DNA of 32,000 nt, from positions 133,222 to 165,221 of the forward strand of contig NZ_PGGB02000002.1 of assembly GCF_002803295.2 (NCBI RefSeq), written 5' to 3'. Shown here in pieces: positions 8,293 to 17,394 of this stretch (positions are counted from its first letter, which is position 1; the number at the start of each line of letters is the position of its first letter). Source of the stretch: Caedibacter taeniospiralis (GTDB lineage: Bacteria; Pseudomonadota; Gammaproteobacteria; Francisellales; Francisellaceae). The position numbers and the translations under genes were made by a program. Under the pieces are notes generated by a model. That model had not been told where the DNA came from. It made no database searches and saw only the letters and a program-made list of their open reading frames with translations.

Positions 8293-8983
8293 TAATCAGA
8301 TCGAAGAAGTACAATGGCAATTACGCAATATTGCTCATTTTCAGAAAGATTTACAACAGCAGGAAACACTCAAAAGCACCCTAAGATATAATCAAACGGA
8401 GCTTCAATATCTTCGTGAGAAAAAGGCAAGTCTTATAGTCAAAGCCCCCTTTTCTGGTGTCATTGAGTCGCTTTCAGAAGATATGCGTCCCAATGCCTGG
8501 GTTAAAAAACGCCAGGCGATGATGATACTGGTGAATAAAGATACGGTTATTTTGCATGCTTATCCAAGTAGTGCTGACTATGAGAGATTGCAGGAGGATC
8601 AACAAGGTCAGTTTATTCCCGAAAATATTGATCTTCCGAACCTTCAGGTCGGTATTTCAAATCTATCAAAGCACAATGTCAACGAGCTTTATACCTTAAA
8701 TCAAGACCACGCCGAAAATCGTTTTATCAGATCTTCGGCTCCCCTTGGCGCTTATCACGCTTCAAACTTAGGTGGCAGTATTGCTGTAACGCAAAATAGT
8801 GAGCAGCAAATTATCCCAAATATCAATACCTTTATTATTTCTCTCAAAGTGAGTCCCCCTATGGGCTATCCCCTGGAAAATGTGGTGCGTGGCAAAGCAT
8901 TTATTACAGTTGATAGCATATCGATAGCTTCCTATATCACGCGACATATTTTAATCTTTTTTGTCAAGGAAAGCGGATTTTAA
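8279..8983 (+). pseudogene. 3' fragment of the split M50::HlyD gene (rest of the HlyD adaptor domain); no start codon until ATG 8483
   Basis: Frame 2 is open from 8279 (after TGA 8276-8278). My translation PRHPNQIEEVQWQLRNIAHFQKDLQQQETLKSTLRYNQTELQYLREKKASLIVKAPFSGVIESL... is the coiled-coil hairpin plus second lipoyl half expected after ...VLVILESPELDFRIQKT upstream. The ORF track lists only 8483-8983. Confidence 0.7.
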
Positions 8984-9043
8984 AACTCGTGGCACTCAGC
9001 ATTTAGCATTAAAAATTTAACATTTAAATTCACTAATCACATT

Positions 9044-9071
9044 GTAGGGGCAAAATATTTTTCACCCCTAC
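9044..9071. terminator. Hairpin gtagggg-N14-cccctac between convergent genes
   Basis: 7-bp GC-rich stem with an A/T-rich loop and flanks, between the HlyD fragment (+) and the rbfA side (-). Confidence 0.4.
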
Positions 9072-9074
9072 GCA

Positions 9075-9221
9075 TCAAAACGACTCAGACACTAAATCAA
9101 CCACATTACGCGCATGTGAGTCGAAGCTTATGCCGATCAAATAAACAGGTTTATTGCTGCTAAAGTATTTTTCCGCATAGTTTTTGTCTTTAATCTGTTG
9201 TATGGCACTTTTAGCATCACC
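9075..9221 (-). pseudogene. C-terminal remnant (~48 aa) of a PD-(D/E)XK nuclease / AAA-ATPase-like (DUF1703, PDDEXK_9-type) protein
   Basis: GDAKSAIQQIKDKNYAEKYFSSNKPVYLIGISFDSHARNVVDLVSESF resembles the characteristic C-terminus of that family (A..QI..K.Y.EKY...IYLIG..F....RN). The upstream part of ORF 9075-9311 overlaps rbfA in another frame and looks non-coding. Confidence 0.4.
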
Positions 9222-9225
9222 CAAC

Positions 9226-9636
9226 TTACTCATCCTCATTATCCTGATGATCATCTGTATTGGACTCATCATGTTGAATAAATTGTGCATCTTCATTGCG
9301 CGCTTTCTCAATCAATGAATTCATTTTGTTCCCATATGCCAGCGAATCATCATAAAAAAATCGCAGGTCTGGAGCGACACGTAAGCGTAATTCCCTGGCC
9401 AAAGCACTGCGAAAAAAACCCTTGGCAGCATCAAATGCTTTGATCATTTGCTCGGGGTTTATTTCAGTATTTAGTGAGGAAAAAAATACCTTGGCATAAG
9501 AGAGATCTTTTGATACTTCAACACCGGTAATGGAAATCCATTGTAAGCGAGGATCGCGTATTTTCGTTGATAACAAAGACACGATTATCTTCTGAATTTC
9601 ATCACCAACACGCTCAACACGTGAACTAGTTGCCAT
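9226..9636 (-). CDS. rbfA: 30S ribosome-binding factor RbfA with an acidic C-terminal tail
   Basis: RVERVGDEIQKIIVSLL...DPRL..ISITGVEVSKDLSYAKVFF is typical RbfA. Lies immediately downstream of infB. Confidence 0.95.
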   Translation of the reverse strand: MATSSRVERVGDEIQKIIVSLLSTKIRDPRLQWISITGVEVSKDLSYAKVFFSSLNTEINPEQMIKAFDAAKGFFRSALARELRLRVAPDLRFFYDDSLAYGNKMNSLIEKARNEDAQFIQHDESNTDDHQDNEDE

Positions 9637-9638
9637 GG

Positions 9639-12314
9639 TTACATCTCTCTTTTAATTTCAATCGTTTCAAATACTTCGATCTGATCCCCTGCTTTGACAT
9701 CATTGTAGTTTTTGACCCCGATACCGCACTCCAGACCCTTTTTTACTTCAGACGCATCATCTTTAAATCGTTTCAAAGACTCTAATGACCCTTCATAAAT
9801 AACGACCTGATCACGCAGCACGCGAATTGGGTTATGACGCTTAATGACGCCATCAATTACCATGCAGCCTGCAATTGCACCAAACTTGGAAGATCTAAAC
9901 ACATCCCGCACTTCAGCAACCCCAATAATCTGTTCTCTAAGTTCAGGAGATAACATCCCTGACATTGCTTGTTTCACATCATCGATAAGATCATAAATAA
10001 TGCTATAGTAACGAAGTTCAATGCTGTCGGTTTCTGCTTGTTTTCTAGCCGTAGCGTCAGCTCGTACGTTAAACCCAAACAGCACAGCTTGGGATGCAAC
10101 TGCCAAAGATACATCAGAGATGGTAATCCCACCGATACCCGCGGCAATAACATCCACTTTGACCTCATCATTTGATAGCTTAATTAATGATTCACGAATC
10201 GCCTCAACTGAACCCTGAACGTCCGCTTTGACAATGACGTTTAGTGTTTGACGTTCGCCAGTAGACTCACCCATCCGATCAAACAAGCTTGATAGTTTAC
10301 CTGCTTGCTGTTGTTTCAAACGCTCCTCTTTTTTCTTTTGTGATCTGTGCTCAGCAACCTCACGCGCCGTTTTCTCATCTTTCACAGCAACCATTTCATC
10401 CCCTGCATTAGGGACGCCTGAGAGTCCTAAAATCTCGACAGGCATTGAAGGTGTTGCGGTATTAATTTTTTGACCAAGATCATCCATCATCATGCGAATA
10501 CGACCATATTCTGTTCCGCACAAGATAATATCACCCTGCTTTAGTTCACCACTTTGCACTAAGACAGAAGCGACAGCGCCACGCCCTTTATCCAGGCGTG
10601 ATTCAAGGACAACACCTTTGGCAAAGCCTTTATTGACCGCTCTAAGTTCAAGTACCTCGGCTTGCAGTAACACCGCATCCAACAGCTCATCAATCCCCTG
10701 ACCAGACTTAGCTGAGACATGAGCAAACATTGTATCTCCTCCCCATGCCTCAGAAATTACATCCAGCTGGGATAACTCCGTTTTGACACGATCTGGATCA
10801 GCTTCTGGTTTATCCATTTTGTTGACGGCAACCACAATTGGAACTCCTGCGGCACGCGCATGTTGAATGGCTTCTTTTGTTTGCGGCATCACCCCGTCAT
10901 CTGCGGCAACGACCAGTACGACTATATCAGTACTCCCTGCTCCGCGTGCGCGCATTGCCGTGAACGCTTCATGTCCTGGGGTGTCAAGAAAAGTAATCTG
11001 CCCTTTTGCAGTTGTTACTGAGTAAGCACCAATATGCTGAGTAATCCCACCTGCTTCACCAACTGCCACACGAGTCTTGCGAATATAATCCAGCAGCGAG
11101 GTCTTGCCATGGTCGACGTGTCCCATAATCGTCACGACAGGGGCTCTTGGCATCAATTCCTGATTAGAGGAATCAACAATTACGGTTCCCTCTAAAGTAT
11201 CTTCTTTATGCAAGGTATATTCATGTCCAAACTCTTCGACAATTAAAATGGCTGTTTCTTGATCCAGAGGCTGGTTAATAGTTGCCATCACGCCCATTTT
11301 GAAAAGCACTTTAATGAGCTCGGCCGCCTTAACTGCGATTTTTTGTGCAAGCTCGTTGACCGTAATCCCTTCAAAAATAACCACTTGTCGGGTTTCTTTT
11401 TCTACGGGTTTGGTAAACTGCTGAGTTTTCACTTTATTAAGCTGCAACTTCTTAGGCTTTAATGATTTACGAGAGAAGCCTTCATCATCATCTTCAGCGG
11501 AGTAGATGGTGCGTGACGATTTCTTGCTTGTGGTTGATTTCACTTTTTTCTGTGACTTACGTGAAGCCTCTTCTTCTTCCTCGTCTACCTTTTTCTTGGG
11601 TTTTTCCAGCACTTTTTTGTGTGCGCTTTTGACCTCGCCGTCCCCTATATTTTCTTTTTCGGTAACTACTGGCTCTGGTCTTGACGTAATGTTGAAACCA
11701 CTGTTTTTGGGTTTAGTTGTCATTTTTATCTCAACCTTGCCACTAGACTGTTCTTCGGATCCAGAAGAGACTACGGATTTTTCCTTGACTGGTTTCTTGG
11801 GCTTAGGAATAGGTTTATTTTCAGGTGTTATCTTATCGACTTTTGCCACATCTTCTGCATTTGTAAATCCTGATACGGATAATGACTGGTCATCGTTCCA
11901 TTTAGTTTCTATGGCTTCCTTCGCTAAAGGTTCATAAGGTTTGTTATGTTTTACCGCGACATGAGTTACTGATTCATCTGTTGTGGAAGCTTCGAACTCT
12001 AGAGCCTTGTCATGGACATCAGATCCTTCTTTGGCTGTTGGTGCAATCAAGGTTTTCTTCTTACGCACCTCAATGTTGACCTTGCGATTACCCGCAACTT
12101 TTAACTGTTTCGTTGTTTTTCTTTGTAAGGTAACTGCTGATTTCTTCTCTGTAGTACCTCCTTGAATAAAGCTTAACAACTGGTTTTTTTCAGCATCACT
12201 AACCAGAGCGTTAATGCTTTTTTTATGGACTCCAGATTGCTCAAATTTCTCCAATAACACGTTTTCATCAATTTTAATTAATTTGGCTAATTGCGCCACC
12301 GTTATCTCTGCCAT
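9639..12314 (-). CDS. infB: Translation initiation factor IF-2
   Basis: G-domain motifs [26 protein letters not shown]-rich N-terminal region. I place the start at ATG 12314 ([11 protein letters not shown]) with AGGAGA 7 nt upstream. The track start at 12359 would overlap nusA. Confidence 0.96.
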   Translation of the reverse strand: MAEITVAQLAKLIKIDENVLLEKFEQSGVHKKSINALVSDAEKNQLLSFIQGGTTEKKSAVTLQRKTTKQLKVAGNRKVNIEVRKKKTLIAPTAKEGSDVHDKALEFEASTTDESVTHVAVKHNKPYEPLAKEAIETKWNDDQSLSVSGFTNAEDVAKVDKITPENKPIPKPKKPVKEKSVVSSGSEEQSSGKVEIKMTTKPKNSGFNITSRPEPVVTEKENIGDGEVKSAHKKVLEKPKKKVDEEEEEASRKSQKKVKSTTSKKSSRTIYSAEDDDEGFSRKSLKPKKLQLNKVKTQQFTKPVEKETRQVVIFEGITVNELAQKIAVKAAELIKVLFKMGVMATINQPLDQETAILIVEEFGHEYTLHKEDTLEGTVIVDSSNQELMPRAPVVTIMGHVDHGKTSLLDYIRKTRVAVGEAGGITQHIGAYSVTTAKGQITFLDTPGHEAFTAMRARGAGSTDIVVLVVAADDGVMPQTKEAIQHARAAGVPIVVAVNKMDKPEADPDRVKTELSQLDVISEAWGGDTMFAHVSAKSGQGIDELLDAVLLQAEVLELRAVNKGFAKGVVLESRLDKGRGAVASVLVQSGELKQGDIILCGTEYGRIRMMMDDLGQKINTATPSMPVEILGLSGVPNAGDEMVAVKDEKTAREVAEHRSQKKKEERLKQQQAGKLSSLFDRMGESTGERQTLNVIVKADVQGSVEAIRESLIKLSNDEVKVDVIAAGIGGITISDVSLAVASQAVLFGFNVRADATARKQAETDSIELRYYSIIYDLIDDVKQAMSGMLSPELREQIIGVAEVRDVFRSSKFGAIAGCMVIDGVIKRHNPIRVLRDQVVIYEGSLESLKRFKDDASEVKKGLECGIGVKNYNDVKAGDQIEVFETIEIKREM

Positions 12315-12324
12315 CACATTTCTC

Positions 12325-13806
12325 CTACTTCTCATTATCCTTCTCAAACCAAGGTGCACGCGCAGTCATAATCAATGCTGCAGCTTGTTCTTCGGAAATG
12401 GAAATAATTTCACGTAAATCATCCACTGCTAACTCAGCCAGATCATCCATCGTAATCACATCTTTTTTTGCTAAAGTGTTTGCCCATGCTTCGGTCATGC
12501 CGTCCATCGCAAGCAGGTCTTCTGCAGGCTTATTAGCAGCCAATGCCTGTGAAATCAATGCCGTTTTCGCACGCGCCTGGAGTTCTTCACAAATTTCATT
12601 GTCAAAGCCTTCTATTTCAAGCATTTCTTCGCGGGCAACATAGGCAACCTCTTCAAGACTGGTGAAACCTTCTTCAATCAGCACTTCTGCAATGTCCTGG
12701 TCAATATCTAGCGACTCCATAAATAGTCGCATGTTTTTTTGCTCTTCTTCCTGTTGTGCCTTTTCTGCGAGGGTGTTGGCAATAACATTAATATGCCAGC
12801 CAGTGAGCGCTGTCGCTAAGCGTACGTTTTGTCCATTTTTACCAATGGCTTGCGATAACTGATCTTCTTTGACTGCTACCTGCATCGATTGCTTATCTTC
12901 ATCCTGGACAATCGAAGTCACCTCAGCGGGGGATAGCGCATTAATCACAAATTGTGCAGGGTTATCATCCCATAGAACAATGTCAACACGTTCGCCTTGC
13001 AATTCATTGGTAATCGCCTGGATGCGTGAGCCACGCATCCCCACACAGGCACCCACAGGATCAATGCGTTTATCATTGGATTTAACCGCTACTTTGGCGC
13101 GAGACCCTGGGTCGCGTGCAATGCCCACGATGTCCATCAGCTCTTCTGCAACTTCGGGAACCTCAAGGATCAAGAGTGCGTGCAACATTCTTTTATTCGC
13201 GCGTGACAGAATAATTTGATGACCTTTAATATCATCATCAATACGCAAAATACACGCACGCAACTTATCATTTAAGCGATAATTTTCTTTTGGCAACAGC
13301 TCTTTTCTTGGTAACACGCCTTCCGCATCATTGCCTAAGTCAATAATTAAGAAATCACGTGTTGCGCGTTTAACTTCACCATAAACGATCTTGCCAACCT
13401 TGTCGCGAAATCTTGATACCATGAGGCGGCGTTCTTCATCACGCACTTTTTGCATAATGATCTGCTTAGCAGTCATCGCGGCAATACGTCCAAATTCAAC
13501 AGATTCAACAGGTTCTTCCAGTATGTCGCCCACACTAACCTTATGACCTTTTTCCTGTGCTACATCGACGTAAAGTTCAGCGGCATAATTTTCAATTTCG
13601 TGATCCTCTCCTACGATCTGCCATTGCCGAAATGTCTCATATTCTCCTGTTTTGCGATCAATCCTGACGACGATCTTTGCCCCTTCTTCAAAGCGTTTTT
13701 TAGTTGCCATTGCCAACGCTTCTTCCATCGCTAGAAACAGCAAATCTCTTGAGACTTCTTTCTCATTTGCAACACTTTCAATAACTAACAGTAATTCTTT
13801 ACTCAT
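12325..13806 (-). CDS. nusA: Transcription termination/antitermination factor NusA
   Basis: [24 protein letters not shown] aligns with the E. coli NusA N-terminus. S1 + KH domains. Start ATG 13806 is preceded by GGTGAGG. The track start at 13815 is an upstream GTG. Confidence 0.96.
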   Translation of the reverse strand: MSKELLLVIESVANEKEVSRDLLFLAMEEALAMATKKRFEEGAKIVVRIDRKTGEYETFRQWQIVGEDHEIENYAAELYVDVAQEKGHKVSVGDILEEPVESVEFGRIAAMTAKQIIMQKVRDEERRLMVSRFRDKVGKIVYGEVKRATRDFLIIDLGNDAEGVLPRKELLPKENYRLNDKLRACILRIDDDIKGHQIILSRANKRMLHALLILEVPEVAEELMDIVGIARDPGSRAKVAVKSNDKRIDPVGACVGMRGSRIQAITNELQGERVDIVLWDDNPAQFVINALSPAEVTSIVQDEDKQSMQVAVKEDQLSQAIGKNGQNVRLATALTGWHINVIANTLAEKAQQEEEQKNMRLFMESLDIDQDIAEVLIEEGFTSLEEVAYVAREEMLEIEGFDNEICEELQARAKTALISQALAANKPAEDLLAMDGMTEAWANTLAKKDVITMDDLAELAVDDLREIISISEEQAAALIMTARAPWFEKDNEK

Positions 13807-13834
13807 AACCCTCACCTATATCGAAACTAAATGA

Positions 13835-14299
13835 TTAAAACTTTGGCACAACGCGCATTTTCTCAACGTTATGGAAGTCAAAACGAATTTCTTCACTTTC
13901 TTCCGTTTTAACTAAAATCTGTTCATTCTCAACTGATAGGATAACCCCTTTAAATCGGCGACGATTATTCTCTGTTGCGTGATGCAGTTGCACTTTCACC
14001 TCAAAGCCTTCTAAAGCTTTCGCTTGTGTCACATTAAATACACGGCGATTAATCCCAGGGGAAGAAACTTCCAAAGCGTAAGGCGTGCTAATGGGATCCT
14101 CGACGTCTAGAATTGCACTTACTGCCTGACTTACTTCCTGGCAGTCATCAATAGAAACACCTTCTTCATGATCGATGAATATGCGTAAGGTCATTCTGCC
14201 GGTATCTGTGGAATAGGCATCCATTTCAATACCCCATAAAATAAAGCCAAGGCTCTCCACTTCTGGCGCAATAAGCTCTTTTAACTGGTCAATTAACAT
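13835..14299 (-). CDS. rimP: Ribosome maturation factor RimP
   Basis: VSAILDVEDPISTPYALEVSSPGINRRVF closely matches E. coli RimP ([29 protein letters not shown]). Lies between metY and nusA. Confidence 0.93.
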   Translation of the reverse strand: MLIDQLKELIAPEVESLGFILWGIEMDAYSTDTGRMTLRIFIDHEEGVSIDDCQEVSQAVSAILDVEDPISTPYALEVSSPGINRRVFNVTQAKALEGFEVKVQLHHATENNRRRFKGVILSVENEQILVKTEESEEIRFDFHNVEKMRVVPKF

Positions 14300-14321
14300 T
14301 CCAATACACCCCTTGGGATAT

Positions 14322-14344
14322 AAAAAAAGGACTACGATGAGTCC
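14322..14344 (-). terminator. Hairpin ggact-N6-agtcc followed by T7 (minus strand) between tRNA-fMet and rimP
   Basis: Minus strand reads aaaagggactcatcgtagtccttttttt. This resembles the attenuating terminators between metY and rimP in E. coli. Confidence 0.45.
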
Positions 14345-14356
14345 CTTTTATTCAGC

Positions 14357-14381
14357 AAAACAAAAGGGCCCATGAGGGCCC
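14357..14381 (-). terminator. Hairpin gggccc-tcat-gggccc followed by ttttgtttt (minus strand) just downstream of tRNA-fMet
   Basis: 6-bp GC stem plus a U-rich tract, read directly. Confidence 0.55.
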
Positions 14382-14404
14382 GCAATCTTTTAAAATCATT
14401 TTGG

Positions 14405-14481
<77 letters not shown>

Positions 14482-14494
14482 GTCAACTGCGACA

Positions 14495-14522
14495 CATATT
14501 AACAACTATTTCCTAAATTGCA
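14495..14522 (-). promoter_or_regulatory. Sigma70-type promoter for metY operon: TTGCAA-16 bp-TAATAT
   Basis: Minus strand has TTGCAA (14522-14517), a 16-bp spacer, and TAATAT (14500-14495). The -10 ends ~13 nt before the mature tRNA 5' end. Confidence 0.5.
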
Positions 14523-14664
14523 ACACCAAAGTTTGGGTTTTTAATAGATTTATTTTGGGCATTGACAATAGCTTTGCTCATAATGACGCATTGTGTGGGG
14601 CGTATTGCAAAAGATGAAACGATAGTGTGGGTTATAATAAATAGAGAATAGTCTAATTCAATGG

Positions 14665-14820
14665 TTATTTAATTTTGGCTTCCTTGTAAAGCACGTGCTG
14701 GCGAGCAACGGGGTCAAACTTTTTGATTTCCATTTTGTTTGGCATGGTGCGCTTATTTTTGGTCGTTGTATAAAAATGACCGGTGCCTGCACTTGAAACT
14801 AATTTGATTTTATCACGCAT
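14665..14820 (-). CDS. rpmG: 50S ribosomal protein L33 (51 aa; below ORF-track cutoff)
   Basis: My translation is [51 protein letters not shown]. Lies directly downstream of rpmB. Confidence 0.93.
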   Translation of the reverse strand: MRDKIKLVSSAGTGHFYTTTKNKRTMPNKMEIKKFDPVARQHVLYKEAKIK

Positions 14821-14849
14821 GTTAATTTACTCCTAAACTGTTAAATGAA

Positions 14850-15086
14850 TTAGAATTTTACGTTGCGGGCACGAAGATCAGCCAGAACAAAATCGATCCC
14901 TTTTTTATCGATAATGCGCATACCTTTTGAGCTTACACGTAAACGAACATAGCAGTTTTCACTTTCAACCCAAAAACGGTGTGAATGTAAGTTAGGTAAG
15001 AAGCGACGCTTGGTTTTATTTTGCGCGTGCGACACTTTATTGCCCGTTAGTGGGCGTTTGCCTGTGACCATACAAACTCTAGACAT
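14850..15086 (-). CDS. rpmB: 50S ribosomal protein L28
   Basis: [43 protein letters not shown]... is canonical L28. GGAGGA RBS. Confidence 0.96.
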   Translation of the reverse strand: MSRVCMVTGKRPLTGNKVSHAQNKTKRRFLPNLHSHRFWVESENCYVRLRVSSKGMRIIDKKGIDFVLADLRARNVKF

Positions 15087-15120
15087 GTTATCCTCCAGTC
15101 AATTGCTGTAAATTAAAATA

Positions 15121-15149
15121 GTTATAATTGTTAAATTCTCAAGGGGCAA
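15121..15149 (-). promoter_or_regulatory. Candidate promoter for rpmB-rpmG: TTGCCC-17 bp-TATAAC
   Basis: Hexamers read on the minus strand with a 17-bp spacer, ~35 nt upstream of the rpmB ATG. Confidence 0.35.
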
Positions 15150-15293
15150 CTTTATAGCAAAAAAACGACGCAAAGGCAATCGGAATCTATATCATACTTT
15201 TTCCACAAAAAGCACCAAGCTGCCAGATCGTGACAATTCGTCGCGCATTCTAGCACCAACAGTGGTAGCTTACAATTGCTAAGTTTGGGATAT

Positions 15294-16080
15294 TTAGACT
15301 TGGTTGAGTTGGAGTGAGTATTTATCTTGTGAGGCGAGCACCTGGAATTTAGCACGATATTCATTTAAGGCTTGCTTATCAAACTCATGACACAGCACAC
15401 CTTGGGTTTTAGGTGGAAGCTTCGCCATGATCTCACCGTCGAAATGAACGCATAGACTGTCGCCACTGTAATCAAATCCTAAACCATCTGTGCCAACGCG
15501 GTTACATCCAACAACATACACTTGATTTTCAATAGCGCGTGCAACTAAAAGTGAACCCCAGTGCTTGCGTCGTTTACTTGGCCAACTGGCAACGTTGAGT
15601 AAGAGATCATGGTCATTATTATTGCAATTAAAGACGGGAAAACGTAGATCAAAGCAGATGCTCAGCAGAATTCTGAAATTTTTATAGGTGACGATCACAC
15701 GTTTATTGCCCGCATCGAGCAATTTGTGTTCATCGGATAAAACAAATAAGTGGCATTTATCATAATGCCATATGCCACCTCCTGGCGTGATAAAAATAAA
15801 GGCGATTAACAGGTTTTTGGGCATCATTTAAAACAACGACACTGCCAGTGACTGCCGCATTTTTAGCTTGTGCTTGCTGCATAAGCCAGGTGATGATCTC
15901 ATTTTGATCAGTGACCGCAATTGCCAGATTGGGAGTGAAACCAACGTTAAACATTTCGGGTAATACGATTAAATCGCAAGGGTTTATGCTGCTAATCACT
16001 TTCTCAAAATGTGCATAATTTGCTGTTTTATCTTCCCAGGCGAGATCTGATTGAATCACTGCTACTTTTAAACTTGACAT
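15294..16080 (-). pseudogene. yafV: Omega-amidase / carbon-nitrogen hydrolase YafV-like, split by a 1-nt frameshift near 15791-15801
   Basis: ORFs 15760-16080 and 15294-15827 together align along E. coli YafV (LPEMF..GF; ...FITPGGGIWHYDKCHLF...; CFDLRFPVF; ARAIENQVYVVGCNRVG). The frames switch within ccTTTaTTTTTat. Removing one T restores VNRLIFITPGGG. Confidence 0.8.
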
Positions 16081-17204
16081 AATCGCTTTACCCCTTCTAA
16101 TAACGCATCATCATACTTTGCAAAACATAAGCGTACCAAGCCTTGTTTTGGTGTTTCGTATAGTGACGAAATCGGCACAAGACCAACGCCATATTCCTGG
16201 ATTAAGCGTTGGCAAAATGTAAAGTCATCTTCATTTGAAACCGCACTATAGTCAAGAATTTGAAAAGGTGATCCTGACCAGGGAAGGAGCTTAAAGCGGC
16301 TGCTAGATAAACCGTCGACGAGTTTTTGCTGTTGTGTTTGATAAAGCTTAGGTAATTCTTGCCAATACTCAGGATGTGCATTTATCCCATCGGCTAACGC
16401 CAACTGCATTGGGTGAGGTGCGCCAAAGCTTGTAAATTGCTTGACTGCATTAATGGTAGTTATAATTTGTTTAGGGGCAATACAGGCGCCTAAACGCCAA
16501 CCAGTCAGGTTGTATGTTTTACCTAAGGACTGCACGACAATCAGCTTGTCTTTTAAACCAGGAATTTGTAAGGCACTGGTGTATGATTCGCCAGCATATA
16601 TATGCTCGTACACTTCGTCGCTTAAAACGAGAATATCTTTGCCCCTGATCAGGTGTGCAATGGCTTGATATTGTGCATGAGTAATGACTCCGCCCATGGG
16701 GTTGTGGGGTGAATTGAGAATGATTAATTTTGTTTTATCGTTGATGCTCTGCGCTAAAAGTTCAAGGTTAATGTCGGCATTTTCCTGTACAGGGATGCGA
16801 CGGCTAACTCCCTGATTGAATGCCACAATGGCAGGATACGCATCAAAAGCGGGATCAAAATAGATGACTTCATCGCCCTTGTTAATCACTGCACTGATAA
16901 GGGCAAATATTGCTTCAATGGCGCCTGAACATATTGAAACATTGTCCTCTGGAACTGTTGTGATGTCATAGCACGCCTTAATCTTCTGTGCTATAGCTTT
17001 TCGTAAGCTAAGGGTTCCTGGAATTGGCGCATATTGGTTAAATCCAGATCTTGTGTAGTATTCAAGGCGTTCCATTAGCCAATCTGGTGTTTTAAAGTCA
17101 GGGGCGCCCTGGGTGAAGTTAATCGCATTATGCGCTTTAGCAATGGCAGACATTTTGCCAAAAATGGATGGTGCAGTGTTGATATAAGGCTTAAAATTCA
17201 TCAT
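16068..17204 (-). CDS. ybdL: PLP-dependent methionine/glutamine aminotransferase (YbdL-like, class I)
   Basis: Collinear with E. coli YbdL: INFTQGAPDF, NQYAPIPG, SDEVYEHI, SLGKTYNLTGWRLG (PLP-lysine), LVRLCFAK. Confidence 0.88.
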   Translation of the reverse strand: MMNFKPYINTAPSIFGKMSAIAKAHNAINFTQGAPDFKTPDWLMERLEYYTRSGFNQYAPIPGTLSLRKAIAQKIKACYDITTVPEDNVSICSGAIEAIFALISAVINKGDEVIYFDPAFDAYPAIVAFNQGVSRRIPVQENADINLELLAQSINDKTKLIILNSPHNPMGGVITHAQYQAIAHLIRGKDILVLSDEVYEHIYAGESYTSALQIPGLKDKLIVVQSLGKTYNLTGWRLGACIAPKQIITTINAVKQFTSFGAPHPMQLALADGINAHPEYWQELPKLYQTQQQKLVDGLSSSRFKLLPWSGSPFQILDYSAVSNEDDFTFCQRLIQEYGVGLVPISSLYETPKQGLVRLCFAKYDDALLEGVKRLCQV

Positions 17205-17350
17205 GAATCGTTAGGGTGAAGTGCTTGTGGTTCATAGCATAAAGCAAATTTATGCGAACTACTATGGAGTTTTCGGGCATGGCACTCATGAGATCGCTAG
17301 TACTCATTTGGCATCCAATCAAAATTAACTCACGTAAACCGATTAAGCAG

Positions 17351-17359
17351 TGATATAAT
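17351..17359 (+). promoter_or_regulatory. Extended -10 element TGaTATAAT upstream of rlmKL
   Basis: Consensus TATAAT at 17354-17359 with an upstream TG, 36 nt before the ATG. No good -35. Confidence 0.35.
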
Positions 17360-17394
17360 CCGCAGATTCAATTTTATGTGCATGATAATTTCAG

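Noticed and set aside
9226-9311. N-terminal part of ORF 9075-9311 (MRKRAMKMHNLFNMM...)
   Set aside because: It overlaps the well-supported rbfA 3' end in another frame. Only the distal 48 codons resemble a real protein family.
9969-13834. Numerous + strand ORFs inside infB and nusA (for example 11506-11937, 12869-13219, 13450-13734)
   Set aside because: They are antisense to strongly supported conserved genes, with Ser/Leu-rich low-complexity translations typical of the reverse strand of K/E-rich genes.
15152-15364. 70-aa minus-strand ORF between rpmB and yafV
   Set aside because: It has no RBS and no motif, and it overlaps the yafV 3' end. It is probably intergenic.
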